A stretch of 49,256 nt of DNA from a virus (lineage: Duplodnaviria > Caudoviricetes). The stretch's first letter is position 1; each line of letters begins with the position of its first letter. Shown piece after piece: positions 19,520-28,779 of this stretch. Location: IMG/VR virus record IMGVR_UViG_3300027533_000028, positions 1 through 49,256 of that record; one strand, written 5' to 3'. The notes below the pieces were generated by a model that made no database searches, was not told the DNA's origin, and worked only from the letters and a program-made list of their open reading frames with translations. Both the position numbers and the translations under genes were made by a program.

Positions 19520-19953
19520 AAATCTATTTCAAATTGTTCATTCGGTACAGGTAAAACTATATTAAATTCCATTGCAAAATGCCGTAAAACCTGTTCTGTA
19601 AACATAGAAAAATCTTCTTTGTTTAAATCGCGTGTTCGTAAAATTTCCTGACCTGTGAGTAAGCCTGTTTTTTCAGACACAACATCGCGTAAAAGGAATT
19701 TTGTTTTCATCATGTTTTTAACCTTTGCAGGTGTGTAAATTTCATCGCCTGTATAATCAATAAGGGCTTTTGAGGCAATATCAAAAAGTAAATGAAGATA
19801 GTTGTTTTGTCTTACTGATCGTGTGCCTGCGAGCTTGTAAATCTTAATTCCGATACGTTTTCCTTCAAACGATTTTATCAGTTCAGTAATTTCTTTTGAA
19901 ACTCCTTTTTGAAGCAAACCGTTTTTGACAGAGGTGAAAAATTCGTGAATCAT
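19516..19953 (-). CDS. NinB-like recombination accessory protein
   Basis: RSVRQNNYLHLL motif and TRDLNKEDFS...LP C-terminus. Confidence 0.5.
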   Translation of the reverse strand: MIHEFFTSVKNGLLQKGVSKEITELIKSFEGKRIGIKIYKLAGTRSVRQNNYLHLLFDIASKALIDYTGDEIYTPAKVKNMMKTKFLLRDVVSEKTGLLTGQEILRTRDLNKEDFSMFTEQVLRHFAMEFNIVLPVPNEQFEIDL

Positions 19954-20228
19954 TAAACAGATTTCTTTTTAATTGCAATATTGTCATAAATCTGTATTCC
20001 CTTGCTCCTTGCGATTTCAATAATCTCCTCATCCATAATTGCAACCTTATTCAAAATAAGCTCTATTAAATCATCATACCAAAAATCAATATGCCCATTT
20101 TCAAGAATCCAAAAAATTATTTTTCCATCTCCTTTAATGGTTATGTCCGAATTTTTTGTTAAATCATTATACAGGATTTTATAATTTTCATGTAATGACT
20201 TGTTAATATCATATATGTTTTCAGCCAT
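19953..20228 (-). CDS. Hypothetical protein
   Basis: 91 aa, coupled to the next gene. Confidence 0.6.
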   Translation of the reverse strand: MAENIYDINKSLHENYKILYNDLTKNSDITIKGDGKIIFWILENGHIDFWYDDLIELILNKVAIMDEEIIEIARSKGIQIYDNIAIKKKSV

Positions 20229-20239
20229 AATTTTAATTT

Positions 20240-21139
20240 TTAAACATTTTTAGAAAGTTCTTTTAAGTGATTTTTAATATCGGTTTGGGTGTAATTTGTT
20301 CCTGATGTAATCGGGTTGCGCTGATTCAACATTAAATCCTTTTTGATAGTTTCAGCTTCTTCGGTAGTGATGCCGGAATGAAGTTTACTTATTAACATTT
20401 CCTGCGTTTCGGGATCATAAACCGAAGTTTCAGTAAGTGATTCAAGATAGTTCGCATGTTCGTTTGAAATAATGTAATCCTGGTTATCAATATGAACCGC
20501 TTGCGCGAATTGCTCCATGCGATCAGTTTTAGGCAGGTATTTAGCGATTCTTTTAATAACCGTTTTACGTGCCATCTCCGAATAATTATCAACCCAAATG
20601 CAGGATTTAATCTTTTTTGCCACATAAGCCATGTAAGATTCTGATTTATCCCTTATCTCGTTGATTTCGGAGGCTGTCATTACTTCGATCTGCTTTGAAC
20701 CGTCATGAAGTACCGAAACCGCGTAAACCTTCTGTAATGTCTTTGTATTGAATTTTGGCTTATGGATGATTTCTGTTGAAGTTCCTAAAATAACTTCAAA
20801 TTCATCGCCTTCGTAAACAGGGTGAGCGTAAACTGATTTGATTGATCCGGTGTCGGTAAGAAGTTTTACAAGTCCCATATAACTTACATCTAAACAACAT
20901 TTACCTTTTCTCGGTATCAGGTAAGCGAGTTTTAAAATAGGGTTTAAAGAAAGCCCTGTTTGACTTACATTTAAAACCGCCTGAATGATGGAATTTTTAT
21001 CCAACTCCGCTAAATACTTATTGTTTGCAAGGTGCTGTAAAGCGAATGATGCTTCTTTATTAAAAGTATCTTCGTTGGTTAATTTTACAAACCTGTCCCT
21101 AATCGGTTCAAATGTTTTGATAGTGATTGCTGTTTCCAT
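20240..21139 (-). CDS. recT: RecT-family single-strand annealing protein
   Basis: GLSLNP...AYLIP...SYMGL...VYEGDEF...W...EMARKTVIKRIAKYLP. Confidence 0.9.
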   Translation of the reverse strand: METAITIKTFEPIRDRFVKLTNEDTFNKEASFALQHLANNKYLAELDKNSIIQAVLNVSQTGLSLNPILKLAYLIPRKGKCCLDVSYMGLVKLLTDTGSIKSVYAHPVYEGDEFEVILGTSTEIIHKPKFNTKTLQKVYAVSVLHDGSKQIEVMTASEINEIRDKSESYMAYVAKKIKSCIWVDNYSEMARKTVIKRIAKYLPKTDRMEQFAQAVHIDNQDYIISNEHANYLESLTETSVYDPETQEMLISKLHSGITTEEAETIKKDLMLNQRNPITSGTNYTQTDIKNHLKELSKNV

Positions 21140-21151
21140 GTTATTTTTAGA

Positions 21152-21520
21152 TTAATTGTTTTCAGAGTAAAGTAATACTGCATCAGGATATAATTTTTCA
21201 TCTGGCTCCGGCAATCCACTTACACTAACCAATAGATTTACATTCTTTGAAAGGAACTCCAGAGCCTGTGTAAAGGCTTCGTTAAACTCTTGCTCGGTGC
21301 AAGGCGGATATTCTATTGCCTCTTCAATTTGCGACATAAAATTAAAATCAGACATTACAGCCGCATCATTAGCGATGTAAACTTTAATCGCTCTTTTTTC
21401 AGAATAGACAGCGAAAAAACTATCTGTACCTTTTTTTGTGTAGCAAGGTAATTGTATGTTAATATCAATTTCCTCAACACTTTTAATAACTTTTTTGATT
21501 GTGATATTTTTTGTTTCCAT
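21152..21520 (-). CDS. Hypothetical protein
   Basis: 122 aa, A-rich start context. Confidence 0.65.
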   Translation of the reverse strand: METKNITIKKVIKSVEEIDINIQLPCYTKKGTDSFFAVYSEKRAIKVYIANDAAVMSDFNFMSQIEEAIEYPPCTEQEFNEAFTQALEFLSKNVNLLVSVSGLPEPDEKLYPDAVLLYSENN

Positions 21521-21685
21521 TGGTTTTTTATTTTAAATAGTTTTTAATTTGTTGCTGTCCTTGCTCACCCATTTGCATGGATTTAATTTTGTTCAGGTTT
21601 GATTTATCCCGCATTTCAACCATCCATTTATTAGGATTTGAAATGAAGATTTTTTTGAAGAAGTTGAATAGTTTTTTCATAGCTT

Positions 21686-21871
21686 TTAATTTGTTTTAGA
21701 TTTCAGCATTTTTATTTCAGCTTCCATCTGGTTAATCAGTTTCAGCATTTGCTCTGCCATCCATTTAGGATTACTCCCCATTAAGCCGGAATAATATTCT
21801 CCGTTTTCATCGAAGTAATCTTTCTCTACTTCTCTAAATTCTTGCAGTTGGTATTCGGTTTCAAATGTCAT
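21686..21871 (-). CDS. Hypothetical protein
   Basis: 61 aa, A-rich start context. Confidence 0.55.
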   Translation of the reverse strand: MTFETEYQLQEFREVEKDYFDENGEYYSGLMGSNPKWMAEQMLKLINQMEAEIKMLKSKTN

Positions 21872-22105
21872 GGCTTTTAGTTTTGAAAGAATGATAGAAA
21901 TAAACCGATTGCAATTATTGTTATCAATATTACTGCAATCCGTTGCTGTTTTTGTTTTTCAATTCGCTCCTGGTTTTTCATTGGTTTTTTATTTTAGAGA
22001 TTATTTTTTTCTTGCACCTGCGACATAGTTTAATTCTGTAAACCCGATCTTCCCGCCATTCAAGAGTTCTGTAAAAACTATGTCCGAGAAGTGAGCAGAT
22101 TACAT

Positions 22106-22387
22106 TCATTGCAAATCCGGCTCTTTTAATGGAGTAGTGTCTTGCCATTTCTGCTGAATCTTAAACGCGATCATGAAGTCAATTTGCTTGCACGTTTGAT
22201 TTTTAATTAACAGTTTTTTCTTTAATGATTCCAGACGAGTTCCGTTCTTGTGCGAAAAATTTGATTCCCTGTAAATTTCAATATCATCAATAAGTGAAAG
22301 TACAGCACCGGTTTCTTCGCCTAATTTATCAATTAACCATTCGGTGGTTTTACCTTTATAGAGTACAGAAATGTTTTGTGGTCGCAT
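22106..22387 (-). CDS. Hypothetical protein
   Basis: 93 aa. Confidence 0.55.
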   Translation of the reverse strand: MRPQNISVLYKGKTTEWLIDKLGEETGAVLSLIDDIEIYRESNFSHKNGTRLESLKKKLLIKNQTCKQIDFMIAFKIQQKWQDTTPLKEPDLQ

Positions 22388-22390
22388 GGT

Positions 22391-22633
22391 TTAATTAGTT
22401 TCTAATTCCAAAATTTCATTTTCCGCTTTTGAGATTTCATCAGATGAAATGTAACGGTCAATCGCTTTGCGCCTCATGCCTTTGTAGATTAAATCTACTT
22501 GCAAGATTGAAACCATTGCATCGGTTGAAGGAGTTATTGAATCGCCTGATGTTTCGGGTTCGATTATAAAGTGAACAACTAACTCGCGGGGGTTGTTGTT
22601 TCTGTCGGTGTCGTAGAAGGTGTGATGGCTCAT
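22391..22633 (-). CDS. Hypothetical protein
   Basis: 80 aa, ATGA-coupled to the upstream HTH gene. Confidence 0.6.
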   Translation of the reverse strand: MSHHTFYDTDRNNNPRELVVHFIIEPETSGDSITPSTDAMVSILQVDLIYKGMRRKAIDRYISSDEISKAENEILELETN

Positions 22634-22785
22634 GCTGATTTTAGTTCTTTAGCCGATTCAATTACTTTGATTGATTGCGGATGTGAAAGCATAGGATTGT
22701 TATGTTTAGCCCATCTTTGAATAGTGCGAATGTCTTTATTCCATTCAGCAGCAAGAAATAAAATTTGTTTTTTTGTGAGTTTCAT
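22630..22785 (-). CDS. Small Cro/excisionase-like HTH protein (51 aa)
   Basis: MKLTKKQILFLAAEWNKDIRTIQRWAK...; HTH pattern; below the ORF-track cutoff. Confidence 0.6.
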   Translation of the reverse strand: MKLTKKQILFLAAEWNKDIRTIQRWAKHNNPMLSHPQSIKVIESAKELKSA

Positions 22786-22798
22786 TTTTATTTATAAT

Positions 22799-23014
22799 TT
22801 AATTTTGTATTGTCCATGAACCGGAATTAACCCATTCAGAGGCTTTTCTTAAAGAGGTTGTAAAAACCCTTATCCTGTTTTTGTTTGAAACCAATCCGCT
22901 ATTTGGTATCTCCGGTGTATAGCTTACTCTTTTTTCTGTAACTGTAATTAAAACATGAATGCAATCAAGGTCATTGCTGTACATTCTCATTCCTGATTTT
23001 AAGTTGTTTTTCAT
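22799..23014 (-). CDS. Hypothetical early protein
   Basis: Likely start MKNNLK at 23014, downstream of a TAATATTG box (23043-23036). Confidence 0.55.
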   Translation of the reverse strand: MKNNLKSGMRMYSNDLDCIHVLITVTEKRVSYTPEIPNSGLVSNKNRIRVFTTSLRKASEWVNSGSWTIQN

Positions 23015-23101
23015 TTTGCTGTTTCTTTTATGGTGCAATATTAGTACAATAAATGATACAAAAGTTGTTAAAAGTAAAATAAATTACAGAATTTGTGTAA
23101 C

Positions 23102-23118
23102 TATTTGATTATCAAATA
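23102..23118. promoter_or_regulatory. Perfect palindrome, operator-like
   Basis: TATTTGAT-T-ATCAAATA between a terminator and an early promoter. Confidence 0.5.
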
Positions 23119-23132
23119 ACATATTTTCAAAC

Positions 23133-23157
23133 AAAAAAGCCGGATATTACACCGGCT
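23133..23157 (-). terminator. Intrinsic terminator
   Basis: Minus strand AGCCGG-tgtaatat-CCGGCT followed by a T-tract. Confidence 0.75.
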
Positions 23158-23176
23158 CCCAAAAAATTAAACTTTA

Positions 23177-23380
23177 TCAGAAAAGCACATTTAATTTAAA
23201 CTTAATTCCCTTGATTGTTTTGGTGAGTTCTCCGCCATTGTCATTCCAGGTTAAAAGCATATCCTGATCGGACTGAACCAAATCTTTGTAGTCGAAAGTT
23301 CCTAAGAATACCGGATGAGTTTCCCCGCTTTCGGGATTACTATTCAACACCGCCTCTATTTTATCTTTGATTGTTGGCAT
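23177..23380 (-). CDS. Hypothetical protein
   Basis: 67 aa. Confidence 0.55.
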   Translation of the reverse strand: MPTIKDKIEAVLNSNPESGETHPVFLGTFDYKDLVQSDQDMLLTWNDNGGELTKTIKGIKFKLNVLF

Positions 23381-23786
23381 GGGTTAATTGTAGTTCTTTT
23401 TCTATTAGAGAAAAAAATAAATTTTGAAGTTGGTGTAAATATTTAATATGAGATAAGTGGGTAATTCCCCCTACATCAATTTGTCCTGTGTGCCGAATAT
23501 ATAAATGAGTTGAGGTTGATAAATGAATAATAGCAAACCAATTTCCTTGTTCGTTTTTTCTCATTTCCGTTTTTACATTATCATTTAGAGTTTCACGATG
23601 AAAATGTGTTTTAGAAATTATTTCTTCGGTTAAAGGAATAGGTTCTAAATCTTCAAAATCCCTTTCTGTTGGCATTGCATCAGGAATTGATATTTGTGCC
23701 TGATAATTTCCAATGGTTTTTATTTCACAGAAATCTGTTCCATATAAAACTAAATTCCCGATTCTTAATTCATTTGCTTTTATCAT
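23361..23786 (-). CDS. Hypothetical protein (YopX-like phage family)
   Basis: ANELRIGNLV...EPIPLTEE...KYLHQLQNLFFSL motif. Confidence 0.6.
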   Translation of the reverse strand: MIKANELRIGNLVLYGTDFCEIKTIGNYQAQISIPDAMPTERDFEDLEPIPLTEEIISKTHFHRETLNDNVKTEMRKNEQGNWFAIIHLSTSTHLYIRHTGQIDVGGITHLSHIKYLHQLQNLFFSLIEKELQLTHANNQR

Positions 23787-23819
23787 TTTCTTTCTCTTTA
23801 ATTATCCGTCAATGAGGGG

Positions 23820-24044
23820 TTATTTTTCTAATTCTTTTAATAAAGCCTCTGCATAGGCGCACGAAAGCCCCGCAACTCTATCTGTGTGGTCAATTCTGAA
23901 ATCTGCTCCGCCTGCTGCTAATAGCCCCTGCATTGCTAACCCTGCAAAGTATTCACGTTTGGTTAAACCCTGATAACTTTCCATTATATCGCAATTACTT
24001 ACAATAGGAAATGCTGGTCGTTCTGCTTGATTTTTCTTTTCCAT
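23820..24044 (-). CDS. Conserved hypothetical phage protein
   Basis: PAFP...GLTKREYFAGLAMQGLLA motif common in phages. Confidence 0.7.
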   Translation of the reverse strand: MEKKNQAERPAFPIVSNCDIMESYQGLTKREYFAGLAMQGLLAAGGADFRIDHTDRVAGLSCAYAEALLKELEK

Positions 24045-24049
24045 TTTAT

Positions 24050-24445
24050 TTATTTGTTAAATGATTTTATATTAAACTTTTGAATGTCTTTTGCGGTAAG
24101 GTTACATGCAGATTGTCTTTTGTCGGGCGTGCCATCTTTTTTAATAAACCTTAATACATATCTCCATCCACTTAAACTAATATACGTTTCAACTACAACC
24201 ATATTTATTCTTTGATGAACTAAAACTATTTCGTTTACATCAAATTTTTTCTTATCGGTTCGTACATTCCATCCATCTACCACTTCATGTATTTCTGTTT
24301 CGGTATCAATATCTGTTTCGGTTAATTTGTGTTCACGCATAACCCTTTCAAGCTGTGATTTTGCATTTACCTTTTCGCCATCAATACCCCTGTCAGCAAG
24401 TGCTTTTAATTTTATTGCTTTATCTATTGCTTTATTCCTGTTCAT
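24050..24445 (-). CDS. DUF2786-like protein
   Basis: KAIKLKALADRGIDGEKVNAKSQL N-terminal motif. Confidence 0.55.
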   Translation of the reverse strand: MNRNKAIDKAIKLKALADRGIDGEKVNAKSQLERVMREHKLTETDIDTETEIHEVVDGWNVRTDKKKFDVNEIVLVHQRINMVVVETYISLSGWRYVLRFIKKDGTPDKRQSACNLTAKDIQKFNIKSFNK

Positions 24446-24738
24446 AACTGCTTTTTATATAAGTGTACGGGCGTGACAGTTATTTGTTAAATGATTGAGG
24501 ATGGTTATTTGAGTATGAGTATGAGTATTATTATGGTAACAGTTTCAATTAATAATAAACAGCGTAAGAGAAATCTTTTCTCTCATGTTTTTTCACAAAC
24601 AACACAAAGCCCTGTGTCGGCATCTGCGTTTAGATAATTGCAATGTTTACATTTTTCAAGCATATCGTATATTTTTATTTCTCTCATAGTCATTTGTTAT
24701 TGTGCCATTGTAAATATTCTTCTTCGGTTGCGGGTAAT

Positions 24739-24954
24739 TTACCATCCACCGTATAGCCTATCAACACATTTTTCAGCAGCTTTCTTACATTTATTTATAT
24801 CTTCATGTGGCTCGTAGCTATATTCCAATCTCCATCCACCTGTATGCTGAACTTCCCATGTATAAACCTTTCCCATTTCTTCTTTCCTGTAATCCCATTT
24901 ATTATTGCTGTCAATTACAATTTTAAATTCTCGATATGAATATTTTTCTGTCAT
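24739..24954 (-). CDS. Hypothetical protein
   Basis: 71 aa. Confidence 0.55.
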   Translation of the reverse strand: MTEKYSYREFKIVIDSNNKWDYRKEEMGKVYTWEVQHTGGWRLEYSYEPHEDINKCKKAAEKCVDRLYGGW

Positions 24955-24979
24955 AGATTTATTGGTTTAGATTCGGGGG

Positions 24980-25228
24980 TTAGAAATTTAGAAACAGGCT
25001 TGATATTCCATCTTCATTCCATTCGCCACCAAGTCCGCTATTTGGTTTTTTCTTTCCATCCCCTTCCTTTTTAAGCTGGGTTTCGTGGTAGAGTTTGGCG
25101 TATTCTTCCAAGAGTTCTGCCATTTCACTTGCATGAACGGCTTTAAATGTTCCGCCTGGAGGCTCAGCCAAATTTACCTCTCTAACCTTTACTGTTTTTC
25201 CTTTTAAGAATTTTTCTGCTTCTGTCAT
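24980..25228 (-). CDS. Hypothetical protein
   Basis: 82 aa, ATGA-coupled. Confidence 0.55.
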   Translation of the reverse strand: MTEAEKFLKGKTVKVREVNLAEPPGGTFKAVHASEMAELLEEYAKLYHETQLKKEGDGKKKPNSGLGGEWNEDGISSLFLNF

Positions 25229-25482
25229 GGTTTTGATTTTAAATGTTCTTCGTAGAGGGAGAGGAGTTGGTCGAAGGTAAGTTCATCATTACTAAATGGT
25301 CGCATATTATAATACATTACGCCTTCTTTAATAGTAGCTGCAAACCAATTATTTTTAAACTTCCACACATCAAAGTTTTTTGCAAACTCTTTGGCGAGGG
25401 ATTCACATTCAGACGCTATGGCGGCTTTACTAACCACAGGGTTTAAAATTGCCAAATAAATCTTTTCTTCTAATTTGTTCAT
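25225..25482 (-). CDS. Hypothetical protein
   Basis: 85 aa. Confidence 0.55.
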   Translation of the reverse strand: MNKLEEKIYLAILNPVVSKAAIASECESLAKEFAKNFDVWKFKNNWFAATIKEGVMYYNMRPFSNDELTFDQLLSLYEEHLKSKP

Positions 25483-25502
25483 GGTTTTATTTTAGGATGT
25501 TT

Positions 25503-25793
25503 TTAGGGGTTATGTTCTTCAACTTTAGTAAAGTTATAGTGAAATTGTCGGCATACCCAATCACGTTGTGATTTTGATAAGCCGCTTTTCTTTTGCTGAA
25601 TCAATTTGTATTCTTCAATTATATTTACTTGGGGGCGTTCAGGCTCTCTTTTCTGCTCATAACCATATCCACCACCCATTAATTGCCCTATCATCATCAT
25701 GCCAAATAATTCGGGAGATAAGTTTCTGCGGGAAGAAGTACTTTTTATTTCTTCCTTTTGAACATATTTAACTCCGTTTATTTCTACAATCAT
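25503..25793 (-). CDS. Hypothetical protein
   Basis: 96 aa, IIEEYKLIQQKKSGLSKSQRD motif. Confidence 0.6.
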   Translation of the reverse strand: MIVEINGVKYVQKEEIKSTSSRRNLSPELFGMMMIGQLMGGGYGYEQKREPERPQVNIIEEYKLIQQKKSGLSKSQRDWVCRQFHYNFTKVEEHNP

Positions 25794-26725
25794 ATAGGAT
25801 ATTTTTTAAAAATCGCGTACTGCATTTCAAAGATTTTGCAATTCTGCAATTGTGCGTTTAATAATGTGTCGTGAATCCAGTCAGCGTAAGGAGGTGAAAT
25901 ATTCTGAGTTTGATAATAACATGGCTTTGCGCTGATGTATAACGGGGCTTTGCTTGTCGGGTTCATATAGCACCATCCGCAGGTCACTCCGTCAGGCTGC
26001 GCGATCTCTGTAACTATCTGGCGGGTTAAATCAGGACGTTGATTTGGTTTGCAGATTTCACCGTTTGCGTTAATGCAGGGGAATCCGGCAAGTCCTGAAA
26101 TAATAGGGAGTATTAGAGTTTTGTCTGGAAATGCAGATTTCCAAAATTGCTGAATTTGCATTGAGCAAGTTATAACGTGTTCGGAAGTGTATTCCTTTTC
26201 CTTCCACTTCACCGCAGCATTATAGTACGCGTCCCCGCCAACCATATCCTGATTTGGCATTCTCATTTCGGGCGTTTTCTGATTATTGCCAGTAATCTTT
26301 ATCGAATCAATCGTATCGTAAACTTTCGGATCGGACTTTAATTCTCCGGCAAGCCATTCGATGAAACGTGATAGATAGGATAAATAATTAGAATCATACG
26401 GAACAGGAACAGAAATTCCATGTGGCTCTCCGTCTTGTGTGCCTTCGTGATGCGCTTCGGTTAAATAAACATATTCGACATCAGGAATATTAGAGGCAAA
26501 ATCTCCGCACATTACAGAAATAGAAACTTTCTTTCCATAAGTCGCTACTCTTTTAATCTCCTTCTTTAAATCTACAATCACCCCACCGAAAGCTGAACCG
26601 CCCATCATAAACTGTTCTAACTTTAAGTCAAACGATACTCCGTAAATAGCGGGGCTGTTTAATACGTTGGCCGGGGTTTTGAGCATCCCGTTATTGTTGG
26701 GGGAGTTGAGAACGAAGATTCGCAT
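25790..26725 (-). CDS. Putative clan GH-A (GH42-like TIM-barrel) glycoside hydrolase
   Basis: GKKVSISVMCG...PVPYDSNYLSYLSRFIEWLA...KITG...EMRMP...WKSAFPDK pattern. Confidence 0.5.
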   Translation of the reverse strand: MRIFVLNSPNNNGMLKTPANVLNSPAIYGVSFDLKLEQFMMGGSAFGGVIVDLKKEIKRVATYGKKVSISVMCGDFASNIPDVEYVYLTEAHHEGTQDGEPHGISVPVPYDSNYLSYLSRFIEWLAGELKSDPKVYDTIDSIKITGNNQKTPEMRMPNQDMVGGDAYYNAAVKWKEKEYTSEHVITCSMQIQQFWKSAFPDKTLILPIISGLAGFPCINANGEICKPNQRPDLTRQIVTEIAQPDGVTCGWCYMNPTSKAPLYISAKPCYYQTQNISPPYADWIHDTLLNAQLQNCKIFEMQYAIFKKYPI

Positions 26726-26734
26726 ATTATTATT

Positions 26735-26911
26735 TTATTTTGTATTTAAACATGCAGGACACAAGCATCTACCTTTTTTTACTCTCCATCCTAAAGCATA
26801 AAATTGTTTCTCTGGCTTATAAGCATCTAACTTGCTTTCAAATCCGCATTTGTCACATGATATTGTAGCTTCTTCTAAGATATGGTCTGATAATAATTCT
26901 TCGCCTTTCAT
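26735..26911 (-). CDS. Small Zn-finger protein (58 aa)
   Basis: CDKC...GW...CLCPAC; below the ORF-track cutoff. Confidence 0.55.
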   Translation of the reverse strand: MKGEELLSDHILEEATISCDKCGFESKLDAYKPEKQFYALGWRVKKGRCLCPACLNTK

Positions 26912-26943
26912 TTCGTTATAGTTAGTTCTTTTCCTGTTGAAAA

Positions 26944-27183
26944 TTATTTAATCCTCCAGATTCTAATTTGATTATTCTTTGTTTTGCGGGTAGAGAAGAC
27001 ATAATTCTTTTCGCTTTTCTTATTCCAGGACCGCGCAGCGTTACCGGCTAATGCCATATTCTCTCTCGAATATTCTTTGTTAATAATAAACGAATCGCCA
27101 ATCTCCATTTCTTCAAACGGATATTTTTTGCATGTTTTAGGAGGAGAATGTTTAATTCCCTTTTCAATTTTAAATTCAATCAT
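26944..27183 (-). CDS. Small DNA-binding-type protein, probably leaderless
   Basis: KYPFEEMEIGDSF...IRIWR motif; TATGTTTG box (27195-27188) only 4 nt upstream of ATG 27183. Confidence 0.6.
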   Translation of the reverse strand: MIEFKIEKGIKHSPPKTCKKYPFEEMEIGDSFIINKEYSRENMALAGNAARSWNKKSEKNYVFSTRKTKNNQIRIWRIK

Positions 27184-27302
27184 GGCGCAAACATACAACA
27201 AAAAATTGAATCTATAACAAAAAGTTATAAACAAATTAACAACATTAACAAAAAAGTATTAATATTGCAAAATGAAATTACCGAAAAGAATATTTTAATA
27301 AA

Positions 27303-27605
27303 TTATTTCTTCCTGGCTCCGATCAACAGCAAAAACGCCTGAACAGCTTCAATAGTAAAAATACCATTTGAAACAAGCCCAAGACCGATTCCATAAATAG
27401 CCGTCCATAAAGTATTTAATTCGGCAAACATTCCTAAATCCTTCCAACCGCCAAAAAATGCAACAGCAAGAGCAACAACCCAACTTACAATCCGATGAAC
27501 GGTTGTTGTGGAAGTTGCGAGTAATTTAGTGTTAATGTAGCCTGTGATGATTACAACAAGCGACACCGAAGCCGCCCAACTGATAAAAAATAATGATAAA
27601 TCCAT
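27303..27605 (-). CDS. Holin (about 3 TM)
   Basis: Three hydrophobic helices, GLGLVSNGIF, basic C-terminus; promoter box TATATTTG at 27635-27628. Confidence 0.7.
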   Translation of the reverse strand: MDLSLFFISWAASVSLVVIITGYINTKLLATSTTTVHRIVSWVVALAVAFFGGWKDLGMFAELNTLWTAIYGIGLGLVSNGIFTIEAVQAFLLLIGARKK

Positions 27606-27675
27606 AGTGTTAATTTTTTAAGTTTTACAAATATAAATTAAAATTCAAACAAACCAACAATTAAATAAAATAGTT

Positions 27676-27807
27676 ATGAAGTCACAAAGCGAGCAAAAAG
27701 AAATAACCAAAATGCTTAATGAAATCAGCAGAGCTTACAGAAAAATAGATAAGTTAGAAGCTGAAAACAAAATCCTGAAAAAGAAAATCAAAGAACTCAA
27801 CAAGTAA
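27676..27807 (+). CDS. Small coiled-coil protein (43 aa)
   Basis: MKSQSEQKEITKMLNEISRAYRKIDKLEAENKILKKKIKELNK; A-rich start. Confidence 0.5.
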   Translation: MKSQSEQKEITKMLNEISRAYRKIDKLEAENKILKKKIKELNK

Positions 27808-27819
27808 AATAGTAAAGGT

Positions 27820-28044
27820 ATGGAAACAAAAGAAAAATGTACTGAACTTGCAAAAATATCTTTGCCGTGGGGAGGCAAGATTTTAAACTATTGCCCTGTT
27901 CATGCAAATCAGATTGTTATGATTGCTAATGCCATTGGTTCTCCAATCAGGGCGCAATTATTAAAAGGGGTTATTATGGAGTGTGAACAAACCACACCGC
28001 TAACTGATGAAGAAAAAGAGGTGGCTAAAACATTTTCTTTTTAA
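27820..28044 (+). CDS. Hypothetical protein
   Basis: 74 aa with C...CPVH; one of few plus-strand genes. Confidence 0.6.
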   Translation: METKEKCTELAKISLPWGGKILNYCPVHANQIVMIANAIGSPIRAQLLKGVIMECEQTTPLTDEEKEVAKTFSF

Positions 28045-28072
28045 GCCCCGCAAACTTCCTGCGGAATAATCG

Positions 28073-28369
28073 CTATTGATTATAAATTTTCTTTTGTAGT
28101 TTCTGAACTTCTTTATAATGCTCCTCCTCCATCTTTGCATTATAATTAACAGTATTTGAAAGCACGCCAATCCTCCAACTTATCCCTATTGCGGTTTGTT
28201 TAAGATCATTAACACTCTGTTTAAGTATATCCTGATTCTGTACGCTTTGGTCGTACACGCTAATCATTCTGATTAGAAACCATCCGATCAGAGTTATGGT
28301 AAGCCCTGAAAAGGCTGCAAGTATTTTTATTACCCATGACTTAAATATGTTTTCCGGCATAAGCGACAT
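28073..28369 (-). CDS. Membrane protein with coiled coil (lysis-associated, holin/spanin-like)
   Basis: One N-terminal TM followed by a coiled coil. Confidence 0.5.
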   Translation of the reverse strand: MSLMPENIFKSWVIKILAAFSGLTITLIGWFLIRMISVYDQSVQNQDILKQSVNDLKQTAIGISWRIGVLSNTVNYNAKMEEEHYKEVQKLQKKIYNQ

Positions 28370-28370
28370 T

Positions 28371-28523
28371 TTACGTTTTATATGTTAAATAAATCATAAT
28401 AATCCCCGCTACGATACCGCAAAGATACCCAAGTCCGAAGAATATCCATTTTTCTTTTACTGTTCCTAATTTGTTAAATGTTTCGGGTTGTTCCCCGTTT
28501 GGTTCATTATATTTTTGTGCCAT
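28371..28523 (-). CDS. Small C-terminally anchored membrane protein (50 aa)
   Basis: ...KWIFFGLGYLCGIVAGIIMIYLTYKT; below the ORF-track cutoff. Confidence 0.5.
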   Translation of the reverse strand: MAQKYNEPNGEQPETFNKLGTVKEKWIFFGLGYLCGIVAGIIMIYLTYKT

Positions 28524-28584
28524 TTGTTCAGATTTTAAATTACAGCCTTGGGGGTTAGTAATTTAAGCTGAACTTGTTGTTATT

Positions 28585-28779
28585 TTATCCTTCCGCCTGC
28601 CCCATAGTTGTTGTTACGTTGTTTTTAGTTACAGGATAGGAATAGGTTATTGGTTCTACTTCAATTATATAATCTGCAACTTCTTCAAAAACCTTTTCAA
28701 TAATTTGTTCTGCGGTTTGATCTTTTAAATCTCCCCGAATGTAAACTTTCTTTTTATTTGGGATGATGGTAATTTTCAT
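28585..28779 (-). CDS. Hypothetical protein
   Basis: Likely start MKITII at 28779 (ATGA overlap). Confidence 0.55.
   Translation of the reverse strand: MKITIIPNKKKVYIRGDLKDQTAEQIIEKVFEEVADYIIEVEPITYSYPVTKNNVTTTMGQAEG

Noticed and set aside
24510-24530. GAGTAT x3 microsatellite in a poorly coding stretch
   Set aside because: Only three units and no clear ORF or promoter link; likely chance or decayed sequence
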